The notes under the pieces: generated by a model
Seen by the model: the letters and a program-made list of their open reading frames with translations, nothing else
Told to the model about the DNA's origin: nothing
Database searches by the model: none
Assembly (NCBI GenBank): GCA_964537905.1
Contig: CAZICU010000002.1
Coordinates: 1-63,694, forward strand
Reading direction: 5' to 3'
Origin: an uncultured Gammaproteobacteria bacterium
Lineage (GTDB): Bacteria; Patescibacteriota; Microgenomatia; UBA12405
Length of the DNA: 63,694 nt
Translations under genes and position numbers: made by a program
In this document: piece by piece, positions 1 to 7,312 of the stretch
Numbering within the stretch: the first letter of the stretch is position 1
Layout of the letters: each line of letters begins with the position of its first letter

Positions 1-105
1 CGACGTAGCCTTGCGAAGGCGGGCCATTAGACTTTTTGTTAAGTATCTTTTGTTGACCGTCTGGGACAACGTTGGAACTTTCTTAAAAAAATAACAAAAT
101 ATAAA

Positions 106-672
106 TTACTTTGTTTTAAAGGCGTAAGGTATCCCTCCGTTATCAAATACACTTCCTCCTACTCTCACTCGATAATAATAAGTCGTCTTCGGTCTCAACG
201 AAGTCAATGTTAATCGATGATTAGTTGTTATTGAACCAGACTCTACTGCCATTAAGACCATACTAGCCGCAGTAGTACCATATTCAATTTTTCCTATTGA
301 TGGAGATTCAGAAATCCAGGTTATTGTTACAGATTTACCATCATCAGTAGGCATTGCGGTAATATTTATTGGCTCGACAGAATAGTAAGTATTTTTAGTA
401 TTAACATTAGCAGTTACACCTATACTAGTTACCCCAACACTATTAGTTGTTGGTAAAGTTGATGACATAATAACACTCCCATTGCAGTATTTAACTGCCA
501 AAGAATTAATAAATTTACATAAAGTTATACTTTCAGTACTTACTCCCAAAACATTTTTTTTCGAGGCACTTTCACTAATCTTTCTGTTTATTTGTAAAGT
601 TAACAACAAGAACGAAGAAAAAATAAAAGAGGAAACTAAGGAGATAGTTATTGTTTTCTTAATATAATTCAT
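106..672 (-). CDS. Secreted/membrane-anchored protein with a fibronectin-III-like (purple-acid-phosphatase N-terminal-like) domain
   Basis: 188-aa ORF. The N-terminus has a hydrophobic anchor (ISLVSSFIFSSFLLLTL). The C-terminal pattern VTITW..IEYG..HRLTLTSLRPKTTYYYRV is typical of FN3/PAP-N beta-sandwich domains. Confidence 0.5.
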   Translation of the reverse strand: MNYIKKTITISLVSSFIFSSFLLLTLQINRKISESASKKNVLGVSTESITLCKFINSLAVKYCNGSVIMSSTLPTTNSVGVTSIGVTANVNTKNTYYSVEPINITAMPTDDGKSVTITWISESPSIGKIEYGTTAASMVLMAVESGSITTNHRLTLTSLRPKTTYYYRVRVGGSVFDNGGIPYAFKTK

Positions 673-758
673 AATAAATGATGCAATAAAACCTTAAGTA
701 AGTCAAGTTCAATAAAAACCTTTTATCGAACCCTAAGGTATAAAGACATTTTTCATTT

Positions 759-902
759 CAACCAACTTTTCATTCATCCCAACCTTAAAAGTCGTACTCA
801 CGGACAGCAAAGCTGGACGTGAGATAATACGACTTTGGGTTGGGGTGAAATAAGACAGTCACAGGAATCTGCTCCCTGTTTATGGAGTCTATGGGTTGGT
901 TG
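759..902 (+). other. Highly structured non-coding region upstream of rep (candidate replication origin, att-proximal structure or ncRNA)
   Basis: An 8-bp closing stem pairs caaccaac (759-766) with gttggttg (895-902). It encloses a rod-like hairpin at 774-848 with 11+6+6 bp: tcatcccaacc/ggttggggtga, gtcgta/tacgac and ctcacg/cgtgag. A second imperfect hairpin lies at about 852-888. Confidence 0.35.
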
Positions 903-1047
903 GTATCACATTTTTATTTTTTTAATATGCTATTATGTATTTAAAGCAGTAGTGAATACGGTGTCATCCAAAAAAATATAAAATAAATCTAATTTCAAAG
1001 AAATTTTGCCAGATTTTTTTGTATTTTCATTCCTCCAAACATGAGAA

Positions 1048-1224
1048 ATGTATTCACCGTTAACTGTTAACAATCAAGAGAAAATAATTCGTGAGTTTTT
1101 CAAGCGTAAATATAACCTCAAATTAACTGATGAAGATTATTTAGAAATTTCCCAATCGCTTCACTTTTTAGGTAGAGCAATCTATAGATCTTTGCGATTC
1201 CAAAAAAAAGGAGGTGCAAAGTGA
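1048..1224 (+). CDS. Small hypothetical protein (58 aa) translationally coupled to rep; possible DNA-binding or accessory factor
   Basis: The ORF reads ATG..TGA and is below the 60-aa track cutoff: MYSPLTVNNQEKIIREFFKRKYNLKLTDEDYLEISQSLHFLGRAIYRSLRFQKKGGAK. Its TGA stop (1222-1224) overlaps the GTG start of rep (1221). Confidence 0.4.
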   Translation: MYSPLTVNNQEKIIREFFKRKYNLKLTDEDYLEISQSLHFLGRAIYRSLRFQKKGGAK

Positions 1225-2306
1225 AACAAAGTAACTTTTTCCCAGCCAAAAAGATAATAGAACCTAAAGAAATAAATAGGAAAGAAATTTTAGAAAAAGT
1301 TAATCAATACCTTGAAGCTTTCCGAACTGATGATAGCATCGCGCATCAGGAGGAAAGTAATATCATAGATTGTTCAGATAAAAATATCTTTCTACCTTAT
1401 CCACCTAACTCCTTATTATCCTTGACTCTTAATAGATCATCTCAACAGACCACTAATCAATATGACACTACCCTAAGTGAATATATTAAAACCATTAAAC
1501 AACAAATGAGAGATGAATTCTTTAGAATGTCTCCATATCCTTGTAATATCAGCAACAACAAAAAGTTTCTACTACGAATAGGGGAGAATGGTAAGTTAGA
1601 AGCAATTAAAGAAACTTTTGTTAAATGTAATTCTTGGACTTGTCCTCGTTGTGCTCCCATAAAAGCCAGAGCCATTAGTTATCAAATTAAAGATGTAGTC
1701 TTACTTAATAATCTTAATTGTTACCTAACTCTTACTCTCGATCCTAGTAAATTAAGTCCAGAAAACATCTTAGAATCTCGTACTCATAATATTATTACTA
1801 GTTACTTTAATCGCCTAATCACCACTATCAAAAGAAAGAAGTTTAATTATTTCAATGTTAAAAAGAATCAGCATTATCAATTTAATCTCAAAAATAGTGG
1901 TGAAAAACTTAAGTATATCTGGGTAATAGAATTTCAAAAAAATGGACTGGCGCATATGCATGTTTTATTAAATCAATTCTTACCTATAGAAGTCATCAGA
2001 GAAGCTTGGGTTCATATTGGTGGTGGACATATTATGTATATCGATAAAGTCGAGAACCTTAATGCAGTTTCTAACTATATAACCAAATATTTTTGTAAAG
2101 AATTTAATCCCAAAAATGAACAAAGATTAACCTTTAGATTTTTTGAAAAGAGATACTCTATCAGTCAATCATGCCAAAGATCACCTAAAATAACGCAAAA
2201 AATGTTCGACAAAGATACCGACAATTCAGAAATATTTGTTAAATTAAAGGAGATGGGATTATCTTTTCTTCGTGATAAACTTGATTATCCCCCTCAAAAC
2301 CTATGA
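1221..2306 (+). CDS. rep: Rolling-circle replication initiator (HUH endonuclease superfamily Rep)
   Basis: The motifs occur in canonical order. A Cys cluster CNSWTCPRC lies at residues 136-144. Motif I is YLTLTLD (168-174). The HUH motif is HMHVLL (245-250). The Tyr motif is YITKY (286-290). An AGGAGG Shine-Dalgarno site lies 6 nt upstream of the GTG start. Confidence 0.75.
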   Translation: MKQSNFFPAKKIIEPKEINRKEILEKVNQYLEAFRTDDSIAHQEESNIIDCSDKNIFLPYPPNSLLSLTLNRSSQQTTNQYDTTLSEYIKTIKQQMRDEFFRMSPYPCNISNNKKFLLRIGENGKLEAIKETFVKCNSWTCPRCAPIKARAISYQIKDVVLLNNLNCYLTLTLDPSKLSPENILESRTHNIITSYFNRLITTIKRKKFNYFNVKKNQHYQFNLKNSGEKLKYIWVIEFQKNGLAHMHVLLNQFLPIEVIREAWVHIGGGHIMYIDKVENLNAVSNYITKYFCKEFNPKNEQRLTFRFFEKRYSISQSCQRSPKITQKMFDKDTDNSEIFVKLKEMGLSFLRDKLDYPPQNL

Positions 2307-3781
2307 AGTATCTTGTATATCTAAGAAAATCAACAGAAGACACTAGTCATCAAGTTCAGTCTTTAGACACTCAAAAAAGAATTCTTTTAGAATTCGCTTC
2401 AAAAAATCCAGATATTGAAATAGTCGACATTATTACAGAAAGTCGTAGTGCTAAAGATGACGGTAATAGACCAAAATTTGATGATATGCTCAAACGATTT
2501 AAAAAAGGAGAAGCGGAAGGTCTTCTTGTCGCCCATATTGATCGTATTTCTAGAAATCTTATAGAATCAGGACTTATTCAAAAACTAAATGACCAAGGCA
2601 TTATAAAACAGATTCGTACTCCAGAAAGAATCTATTCTAACTACAATGATTTTTTTCTTTTAACTATAGAATTAGCCACTGCTACCCTTTATCCTCGTAA
2701 TCTTTCAAAAAGAGTTAAAGAAGGTATGATTTCCAAGGCTCAAAAAGGAGAGTATGTTTGTGGAGTTGGACCAATAGGGTATATCAATAATCACGGTACA
2801 CTCATTCAAGACTTATCCAGAGCCAAATATATTAAAGAAATTTTTAAAATGTATTCATCTGGTAAATACTCTTTAAAACAAATCAGTAATATTCTATATA
2901 CCAACGGTTTCAGAACTAGAGCTAATAAAAAAGTGTGTAAATCCAAAATTCATCAAATACTTAAAAATCCTATTTATTATGGTGTAACTACTTTTGACGG
3001 TATTCAATATAAAGGAAATTTTAAACCTATCATTAGTAAAAGTGTTTTTGATCTAGCTCAAGAAGTTCTAACAGGTAAAAACAGAGCTAAAAAATATCAC
3101 CATGAGTTTAGGTATAGAGAATTTCTTTTTTGTGATAAATGTGGTTGCAAAATAACTGCCACTATTAAAAAAGGTAAATTCAAATACTACTATTGCACCA
3201 ACGGTAAAGGAATTTGTGAAGAACATAAAAAATACCTTAATGAAAAAACAATTGAAAAAATTTTTCAAGAATTTTTTAGAAAATTTCAAATAGACCCTGA
3301 ATTAGCCACTATTTCTCTCAATAAATATATTGCTGATAAACAAGCTTCTAAAACAGACAAGAAATTTTATGAAGAAACTCTAAAAAAAGATTTAATTAAA
3401 AACGAAAAGAAGTTAGATAGATTAGAAGAACTTTATATGGAAAACCTTATTGAAAAAGATAGATACATAAAGAACAGAAATAAATTATTAAATGAAAATA
3501 TTTTAATAAAAGAAAATCTAAAAACTATAAATAACCATTCAAGCACTTTGGAACCGATAATAAAATTAAAAAATGAGCTAATTACCCTAGAAAATACATT
3601 TGTAAAAAATGATGATATTGGAAAATCTAATTTAATTAGATCAGTACTTTGGAACTGTACTATTTTTAAAGATAATATTCAAAAAATAAACCTAAAAAAA
3701 CCCTATTCATTATTTAATGGGATGCAAAAATGTCACGATTTAACAACTTGGTTGCTCCGTATGGATTCGAACCACAATTAG
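2303..3781 (+). CDS. Large serine recombinase (integrase)
   Basis: The N-terminal resolvase-type catalytic region is VYLRKSTEDTSHQVQSLDTQ. A recombinase domain follows (SLKQISNILYTNGFRTR..ILKNPIYYG). A zinc ribbon reads CDKCGC..YYCTNGKGIC, and a long coiled coil follows. The start overlaps the rep stop (ATGA). The last 33 nt lie inside tRNA-Gln. Confidence 0.9.
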   Translation: MKYLVYLRKSTEDTSHQVQSLDTQKRILLEFASKNPDIEIVDIITESRSAKDDGNRPKFDDMLKRFKKGEAEGLLVAHIDRISRNLIESGLIQKLNDQGIIKQIRTPERIYSNYNDFFLLTIELATATLYPRNLSKRVKEGMISKAQKGEYVCGVGPIGYINNHGTLIQDLSRAKYIKEIFKMYSSGKYSLKQISNILYTNGFRTRANKKVCKSKIHQILKNPIYYGVTTFDGIQYKGNFKPIISKSVFDLAQEVLTGKNRAKKYHHEFRYREFLFCDKCGCKITATIKKGKFKYYYCTNGKGICEEHKKYLNEKTIEKIFQEFFRKFQIDPELATISLNKYIADKQASKTDKKFYEETLKKDLIKNEKKLDRLEELYMENLIEKDRYIKNRNKLLNENILIKENLKTINNHSSTLEPIIKLKNELITLENTFVKNDDIGKSNLIRSVLWNCTIFKDNIQKINLKKPYSLFNGMQKCHDLTTWLLRMDSNHN

Positions 3782-3822
3782 TCGGTTCAGAGCCGACTGT
3801 CCTACCATTAGACGACAGAGCA
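3749..3822 (-). tRNA. tRNA-Gln (anticodon CUG)
   Basis: The reverse complement folds as a cloverleaf. The acceptor stem is TGCTCTG/CGGAGCA with a U1-A72 pair. The D arm is GTCT/GGAC. The anticodon stem is GTCGG/CCGAC with loop CTCTGAA. The T arm is TGTGG-TTCGAAT-CCATA. A CCA end is encoded. Confidence 0.9.
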
Positions 3823-3835
3823 GTAGAATTTCACA

Positions 3836-3865
3836 ATTATACTTCAGATGTTATAATTTAACCAA
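3836..3865 (-). promoter_or_regulatory. Candidate sigma70-type promoter for tRNA-Gln
   Basis: On the minus strand a TTGGTT -35 box (3860-3865) is followed by an 18-nt spacer and a TATAAT -10 box (3836-3841). The -10 box lies 13 nt upstream of the tRNA 5' end. Confidence 0.4.
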
Positions 3866-4030
3866 ATGCAAACCATCGAACAATTAATTCAAGAGTTAAA
3901 ATTAACTTCCCAACAAGCCGAAGGAGTCAAACAATATATGAACAGTCTTTTAGTCGAACTTCTCGAAAGTATTAAACAAGATCACATCAATAATTTTGAC
4001 GAAACTATCAATAATCTTAAAAATAGCTAA
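3866..4030 (+). CDS. Small hypothetical protein (54 aa)
   Basis: ATG..TAA ORF (MQTIEQLIQELKLTSQQAEGVKQYMNSLL...), below the track cutoff. A TATAAT box (3852-3857) lies 8 nt upstream, the same architecture as many genes in this window. Confidence 0.35.
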   Translation: MQTIEQLIQELKLTSQQAEGVKQYMNSLLVELLESIKQDHINNFDETINNLKNS

Positions 4031-4032
4031 TT

Positions 4033-4683
4033 TTAAAAAACATATCTTTCTTTTTCTCGTCCAATAGCTGTTGCTTCACCATGTCCCGAAAAAACATCTG
4101 TTTCTTCAGGTAATTTCATTAATTTTCTTAAACTTTCAAAAATTTTTTTTGTTGATCCATATTTAAAATCAGTTCTGCCTCTCAAATCTTTAAACAATGT
4201 ATCTCCAGAAAATAACAACCCTCCTTTTTCAATGGATGGCAGAGTTGATTTATAGTAAAGACATACCGATCCTGGTGTATGCCCCGGAGTTTTTATGACT
4301 TCTAATTTACTTTCTCCCAAAATAATTTCTTTAATTTTATCCAAATCTTTATCAATTTTTATTAAATTTGGAATTTGCTTTTCTAATTTTAAAAAATGTT
4401 TTGCCGTCTCATCTTGTCTGTCCAATATAAATTTATCTTTTGAACTAACATAAATTGGCACTTTATACATCAATTTTAAATCCAAAGCCGCCAAGGAATG
4501 ATCAAAATGTCCATGAGTCATAATCACTCCTATTAATTTAATTTTCTTACTTTCAATTTCTTCTGAAATTGCTATTCCATCATCAGCCGGATCAATTACC
4601 AATCCTTCTTTTGTCTTTTCATCCCAAACAATATAACAATTTGTCTCTAGTTGGCCTAAAACCAGTACTTCAAATTTAATCAT
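4033..4683 (-). CDS. MBL-fold metallo-hydrolase (glyoxalase II-like)
   Basis: Carries the THGHFDH metal-binding signature and a downstream GHTPGS motif. The 216-aa size is typical of the family. Confidence 0.85.
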   Translation of the reverse strand: MIKFEVLVLGQLETNCYIVWDEKTKEGLVIDPADDGIAISEEIESKKIKLIGVIMTHGHFDHSLAALDLKLMYKVPIYVSSKDKFILDRQDETAKHFLKLEKQIPNLIKIDKDLDKIKEIILGESKLEVIKTPGHTPGSVCLYYKSTLPSIEKGGLLFSGDTLFKDLRGRTDFKYGSTKKIFESLRKLMKLPEETDVFSGHGEATAIGREKERYVF

Positions 4684-4704
4684 AGGTTATAATAACTCAT
4701 AACT

Positions 4705-5445
4705 ATGAACGAAAACAAACCTGTCTCTAAAAGATTATTTATCGGCAGTCTACCTTATCGCTTTACCGAGGGTGAGCTTTTGGATTTATTTATTTCCCAA
4801 GGAAAAATTATTTCTATTCGCATTATGCATAATCGTTGGGGTAAAAGCCGTGGTATGGGTTATATTGAATATGAAAATTTAGATGATGCTATTCGTGCCA
4901 AAGAAAAATACCATAATTTTCATTTAGGTGATCGCAGTATTATTGTTGATTATGCTCAACCCGATCCATTTTTAACTCCCGAAGGGCAAGCTCGTCACCA
5001 AGAAGCCCTCGAAAAACATCCTAATCGTCGCCAGGCTTTAAATTATTTACCTCATCCAGATTCTGACATCTCCGAGTATCAAAATCGCCGTTTTCAGGCT
5101 CATACTAATTCCTCACCATCATCTTTTAATCATTCAGAATCTCGATCAGAATTTAACAAACCTTTTAATTCATCAGATTCACGGCGTTCTCGAAAATATA
5201 AAGGAGGTAAACCAGTATTTAATTCTTTAGGTAAATCACTTAATCGCAATACTACTGGTGAATATACCCCCAAATTTATTCCAGAAATAAATCCCAACAA
5301 AAAAAAATTTCGTCCTCGACCAGGGCAAAAACCTGAATATTTAGGTAGCTCTCCATTTCATGTCCGTTCTACTGTTTTTAAACAACGGGCTTTTGGATCA
5401 CGTGTCGGAGCCAAGTTTGCCGCCAAATCAAAGAAGGGGAAATAA
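4705..5445 (+). CDS. RNA-binding protein with an RRM domain and a long basic low-complexity tail
   Basis: The RNP-2 motif LFIGSLPY and RNP-1 motif RGMGYIEY lie in the first ~85 aa. They are followed by ~160 aa of Ser/Arg/Lys/Pro/Asn-rich sequence. Confidence 0.8.
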   Translation: MNENKPVSKRLFIGSLPYRFTEGELLDLFISQGKIISIRIMHNRWGKSRGMGYIEYENLDDAIRAKEKYHNFHLGDRSIIVDYAQPDPFLTPEGQARHQEALEKHPNRRQALNYLPHPDSDISEYQNRRFQAHTNSSPSSFNHSESRSEFNKPFNSSDSRRSRKYKGGKPVFNSLGKSLNRNTTGEYTPKFIPEINPNKKKFRPRPGQKPEYLGSSPFHVRSTVFKQRAFGSRVGAKFAAKSKKGK

Positions 5446-6567
5446 ATGTCATTAAATAGCAAAATAAAAGTTTCCCTTTTTAAGGGAAAAACCGGTTTAT
5501 CCGAAAAGGGTTTAGACATTCCAATCATCGCTCTCTCTCCTATGGATGGCATTACTGACGAAGCTTTTCGTTTGGTTCAGACCAAAATTGCTAAACCCGA
5601 TTTAATTTTTACTGAATTTGTTAGCGCTGAAGGTATTTCTCGCGGCGGCATCAAACTATACGATACTCTTTTATTTTCTTCCGAAGAACGTCCTATTATT
5701 GGTCAATTATTTGGTAAAGATCCTAACAGTTTTTACAAATCAGCCATTATCTTATCTGAACTTGGTTTTGATGGTATTGATATTAATATGGGTTGTCCCG
5801 CCAAAACCGTCACTCAACACGGCAGCGGTGCTGCTCTAATTAGTAAATCTGAATTGGCCGTTCAAATTATTCAATCTGCTAAGCAGGGGATTGATGATTG
5901 GTTTTCGGGTAAAGTCACAATTACTAACCTTGGTCTTAATCAAAAAACTTTAGATGTTATTAAACATAATCAAAATTATTCAAAGTTAAATTTTCCCTTT
6001 TTAAGGGAAAAACCTGAGCGAAGCGAAGGAAAGGGTTTAAAACCAACTCTCTCCGTCAAAACTCGTCTCGGTACCTCCGAACCAATTATTGAAACCTGGA
6101 TTCCAATTTTGTTAGCCCAACCAATTGATTTTTTAACTATTCATGGTCGAACTCTCAAACAAGCCTACGCTGGTCAAGCTGATTGGAGTGAAATTCAAAA
6201 AGTTGTTAATTTAGCCAAAGGTACGGGTATAAAAATATTTGGCAATGGTGATATTCAAAATCGTCAGCAAGGAATTGAATACTGTCAAAAGTATGGGGTT
6301 GATGGGGTACTAATCGGTCGTGCCGCTGGTGGTAATCCTTGGGTCTTTAATGATCATGTTGCCACACCACAAGAAAAATTTTCGGCTATGTTACTTCACG
6401 CTCAAATCTTTCAAGAAGTTTTTTGCAACCGCTGTTTTGATAGTCTTCGCAAACATTTTTTGCTTTATACTTCTGATTTTCCTAATGCAAAGTCACTCAG
6501 AATGAAACTTGTTAGATTAAACTCAGTCAAAGAACTTTTGTCCCTTGAAGATCAATTTCAAGATTGA
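5446..6567 (+). CDS. dus: tRNA-dihydrouridine synthase
   Basis: Carries the Dus family motifs PMDGITDEAFR, DINMGCPA, SVKTRLG and IHGRT. It contains two in-frame copies of a hairpin repeat (see the repeat features at 5471 and 5991). Confidence 0.85.
   Translation: MSLNSKIKVSLFKGKTGLSEKGLDIPIIALSPMDGITDEAFRLVQTKIAKPDLIFTEFVSAEGISRGGIKLYDTLLFSSEERPIIGQLFGKDPNSFYKSAIILSELGFDGIDINMGCPAKTVTQHGSGAALISKSELAVQIIQSAKQGIDDWFSGKVTITNLGLNQKTLDVIKHNQNYSKLNFPFLREKPERSEGKGLKPTLSVKTRLGTSEPIIETWIPILLAQPIDFLTIHGRTLKQAYAGQADWSEIQKVVNLAKGTGIKIFGNGDIQNRQQGIEYCQKYGVDGVLIGRAAGGNPWVFNDHVATPQEKFSAMLLHAQIFQEVFCNRCFDSLRKHFLLYTSDFPNAKSLRMKLVRLNSVKELLSLEDQFQD
5471..5513 (+). repeat. G/C-rich hairpin repeat, copy inside the dus 5' end (in frame)
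   Basis: The hairpin TTTCCC-TTTTTAA-GGGAAA carries the tail aaccggtttatccgaaaagggttt. The 23-mer tttccctttttaagggaaaaacc is identical to that of the copy at 5992. Confidence 0.7.
5991..6038 (+). repeat. G/C-rich hairpin repeat, copy inside mid-dus (in frame)
   Basis: The sequence is ttttccctttttaagggaaaaacctgagcgaagcgaaggaaagggttt. It translates as FPFLREKPERSEGKGL within a long insertion that precedes the conserved SVKTRLG strand. Confidence 0.7.
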
Positions 6568-6580
6568 TAAAGTTAAAGAT

Positions 6581-6979
6581 ATGCCAGACGAAAATCAAGT
6601 TCAAAATTTACTCAATATTGAATCACTTATAAATACCGCTACTGTTCGACTCGATGAAATTAGTCGTCAACTACATGAGCAAAAAAGTATGATTGATGCT
6701 CTTTTAGAAAATAATGCCGAATATCAAGAGATCGAAAAAGAATCCAAAAAACAAGCCAAGTTAAAAACTTCTGCTAAACAAAATGTTCTTAGTGCTCCCG
6801 AAGCCAAATCGACTCTCGACAAACTTAAAGAAAATCAAATTCAAGCCAAAGAATTAAAAATTGCTTTATCAGATTATTTAGCCCAATATGTGGCTCTTTC
6901 TGGTACCAATCAAATTGAAGGTCCAGACGGTGTAGTTCGTCAAATAATTTATACTGCCAAATTAGTAAAAACCAAATAA
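6581..6979 (+). CDS. Hypothetical coiled-coil protein
   Basis: The ORF has predicted helical, charged sequence. The ATG at 6581 is preferred over the TTG at 6545, which overlaps dus. Confidence 0.45.
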   Translation: MPDENQVQNLLNIESLINTATVRLDEISRQLHEQKSMIDALLENNAEYQEIEKESKKQAKLKTSAKQNVLSAPEAKSTLDKLKENQIQAKELKIALSDYLAQYVALSGTNQIEGPDGVVRQIIYTAKLVKTK

Positions 6980-6996
6980 TAGTTTATAATCCATCT

Positions 6997-7308
6997 ATGG
7001 CACAAAATATTTCTCAAAATGATTTCCAAAAAGAAGTTCTTGAATTCAAAGGTAAAGTTTTAGTCGATTTTTGGGCTCCTTGGTGTGGTCCTTGCCAAAT
7101 GCTTGGCCCAATTATTGAAGAACTTAGTCATGAGTTAACTGATGTCAAAGTTGTCAAAGTTGATGTTGATCAAGCCCAAGAACTTTCTGGTAAATATGGT
7201 GTTTCCGGCATTCCTACTGTTATGATCTTCAAAGATGGTCAACCAGTCGAAACTATTGTCGGTTTTCGTCAAAAACAGGATTACATTAATGCCATCGACA
7301 AGGCATAA
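6997..7308 (+). CDS. trxA: Thioredoxin
   Basis: The WCGPC active site is present, and the 103-aa size is typical. Confidence 0.9.
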   Translation: MAQNISQNDFQKEVLEFKGKVLVDFWAPWCGPCQMLGPIIEELSHELTDVKVVKVDVDQAQELSGKYGVSGIPTVMIFKDGQPVETIVGFRQKQDYINAIDKA

Positions 7309-7312
7309 TTAA

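Larger units (their letters stand above)
759..3781 (+). mobile_element. Putative integrated Rep (HUH) + serine-recombinase element abutting tRNA-Gln; left boundary undetermined
   Basis: Three translationally coupled ORFs encode a small protein, a Rep and a large serine recombinase. The block is visibly AT-richer than its neighbours. It has a strong AGGAGG Shine-Dalgarno site at 1209-1214, unlike neighbouring genes. It ends inside the 3' half of tRNA-Gln. Confidence 0.5.

Noticed and set aside
878-900. Possible attL: tctgctccctgtttatggagtc resembles the tRNA-Gln 3' segment ttgctccgtatggattc
   Set aside because: The match is only short interrupted blocks (tgctcc, atgga, tc) that need indels, which is within chance expectation. 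Serine integrases also do not require long direct repeats. It is kept only as a weak hint inside the Rep-Int element finding (759-3822).
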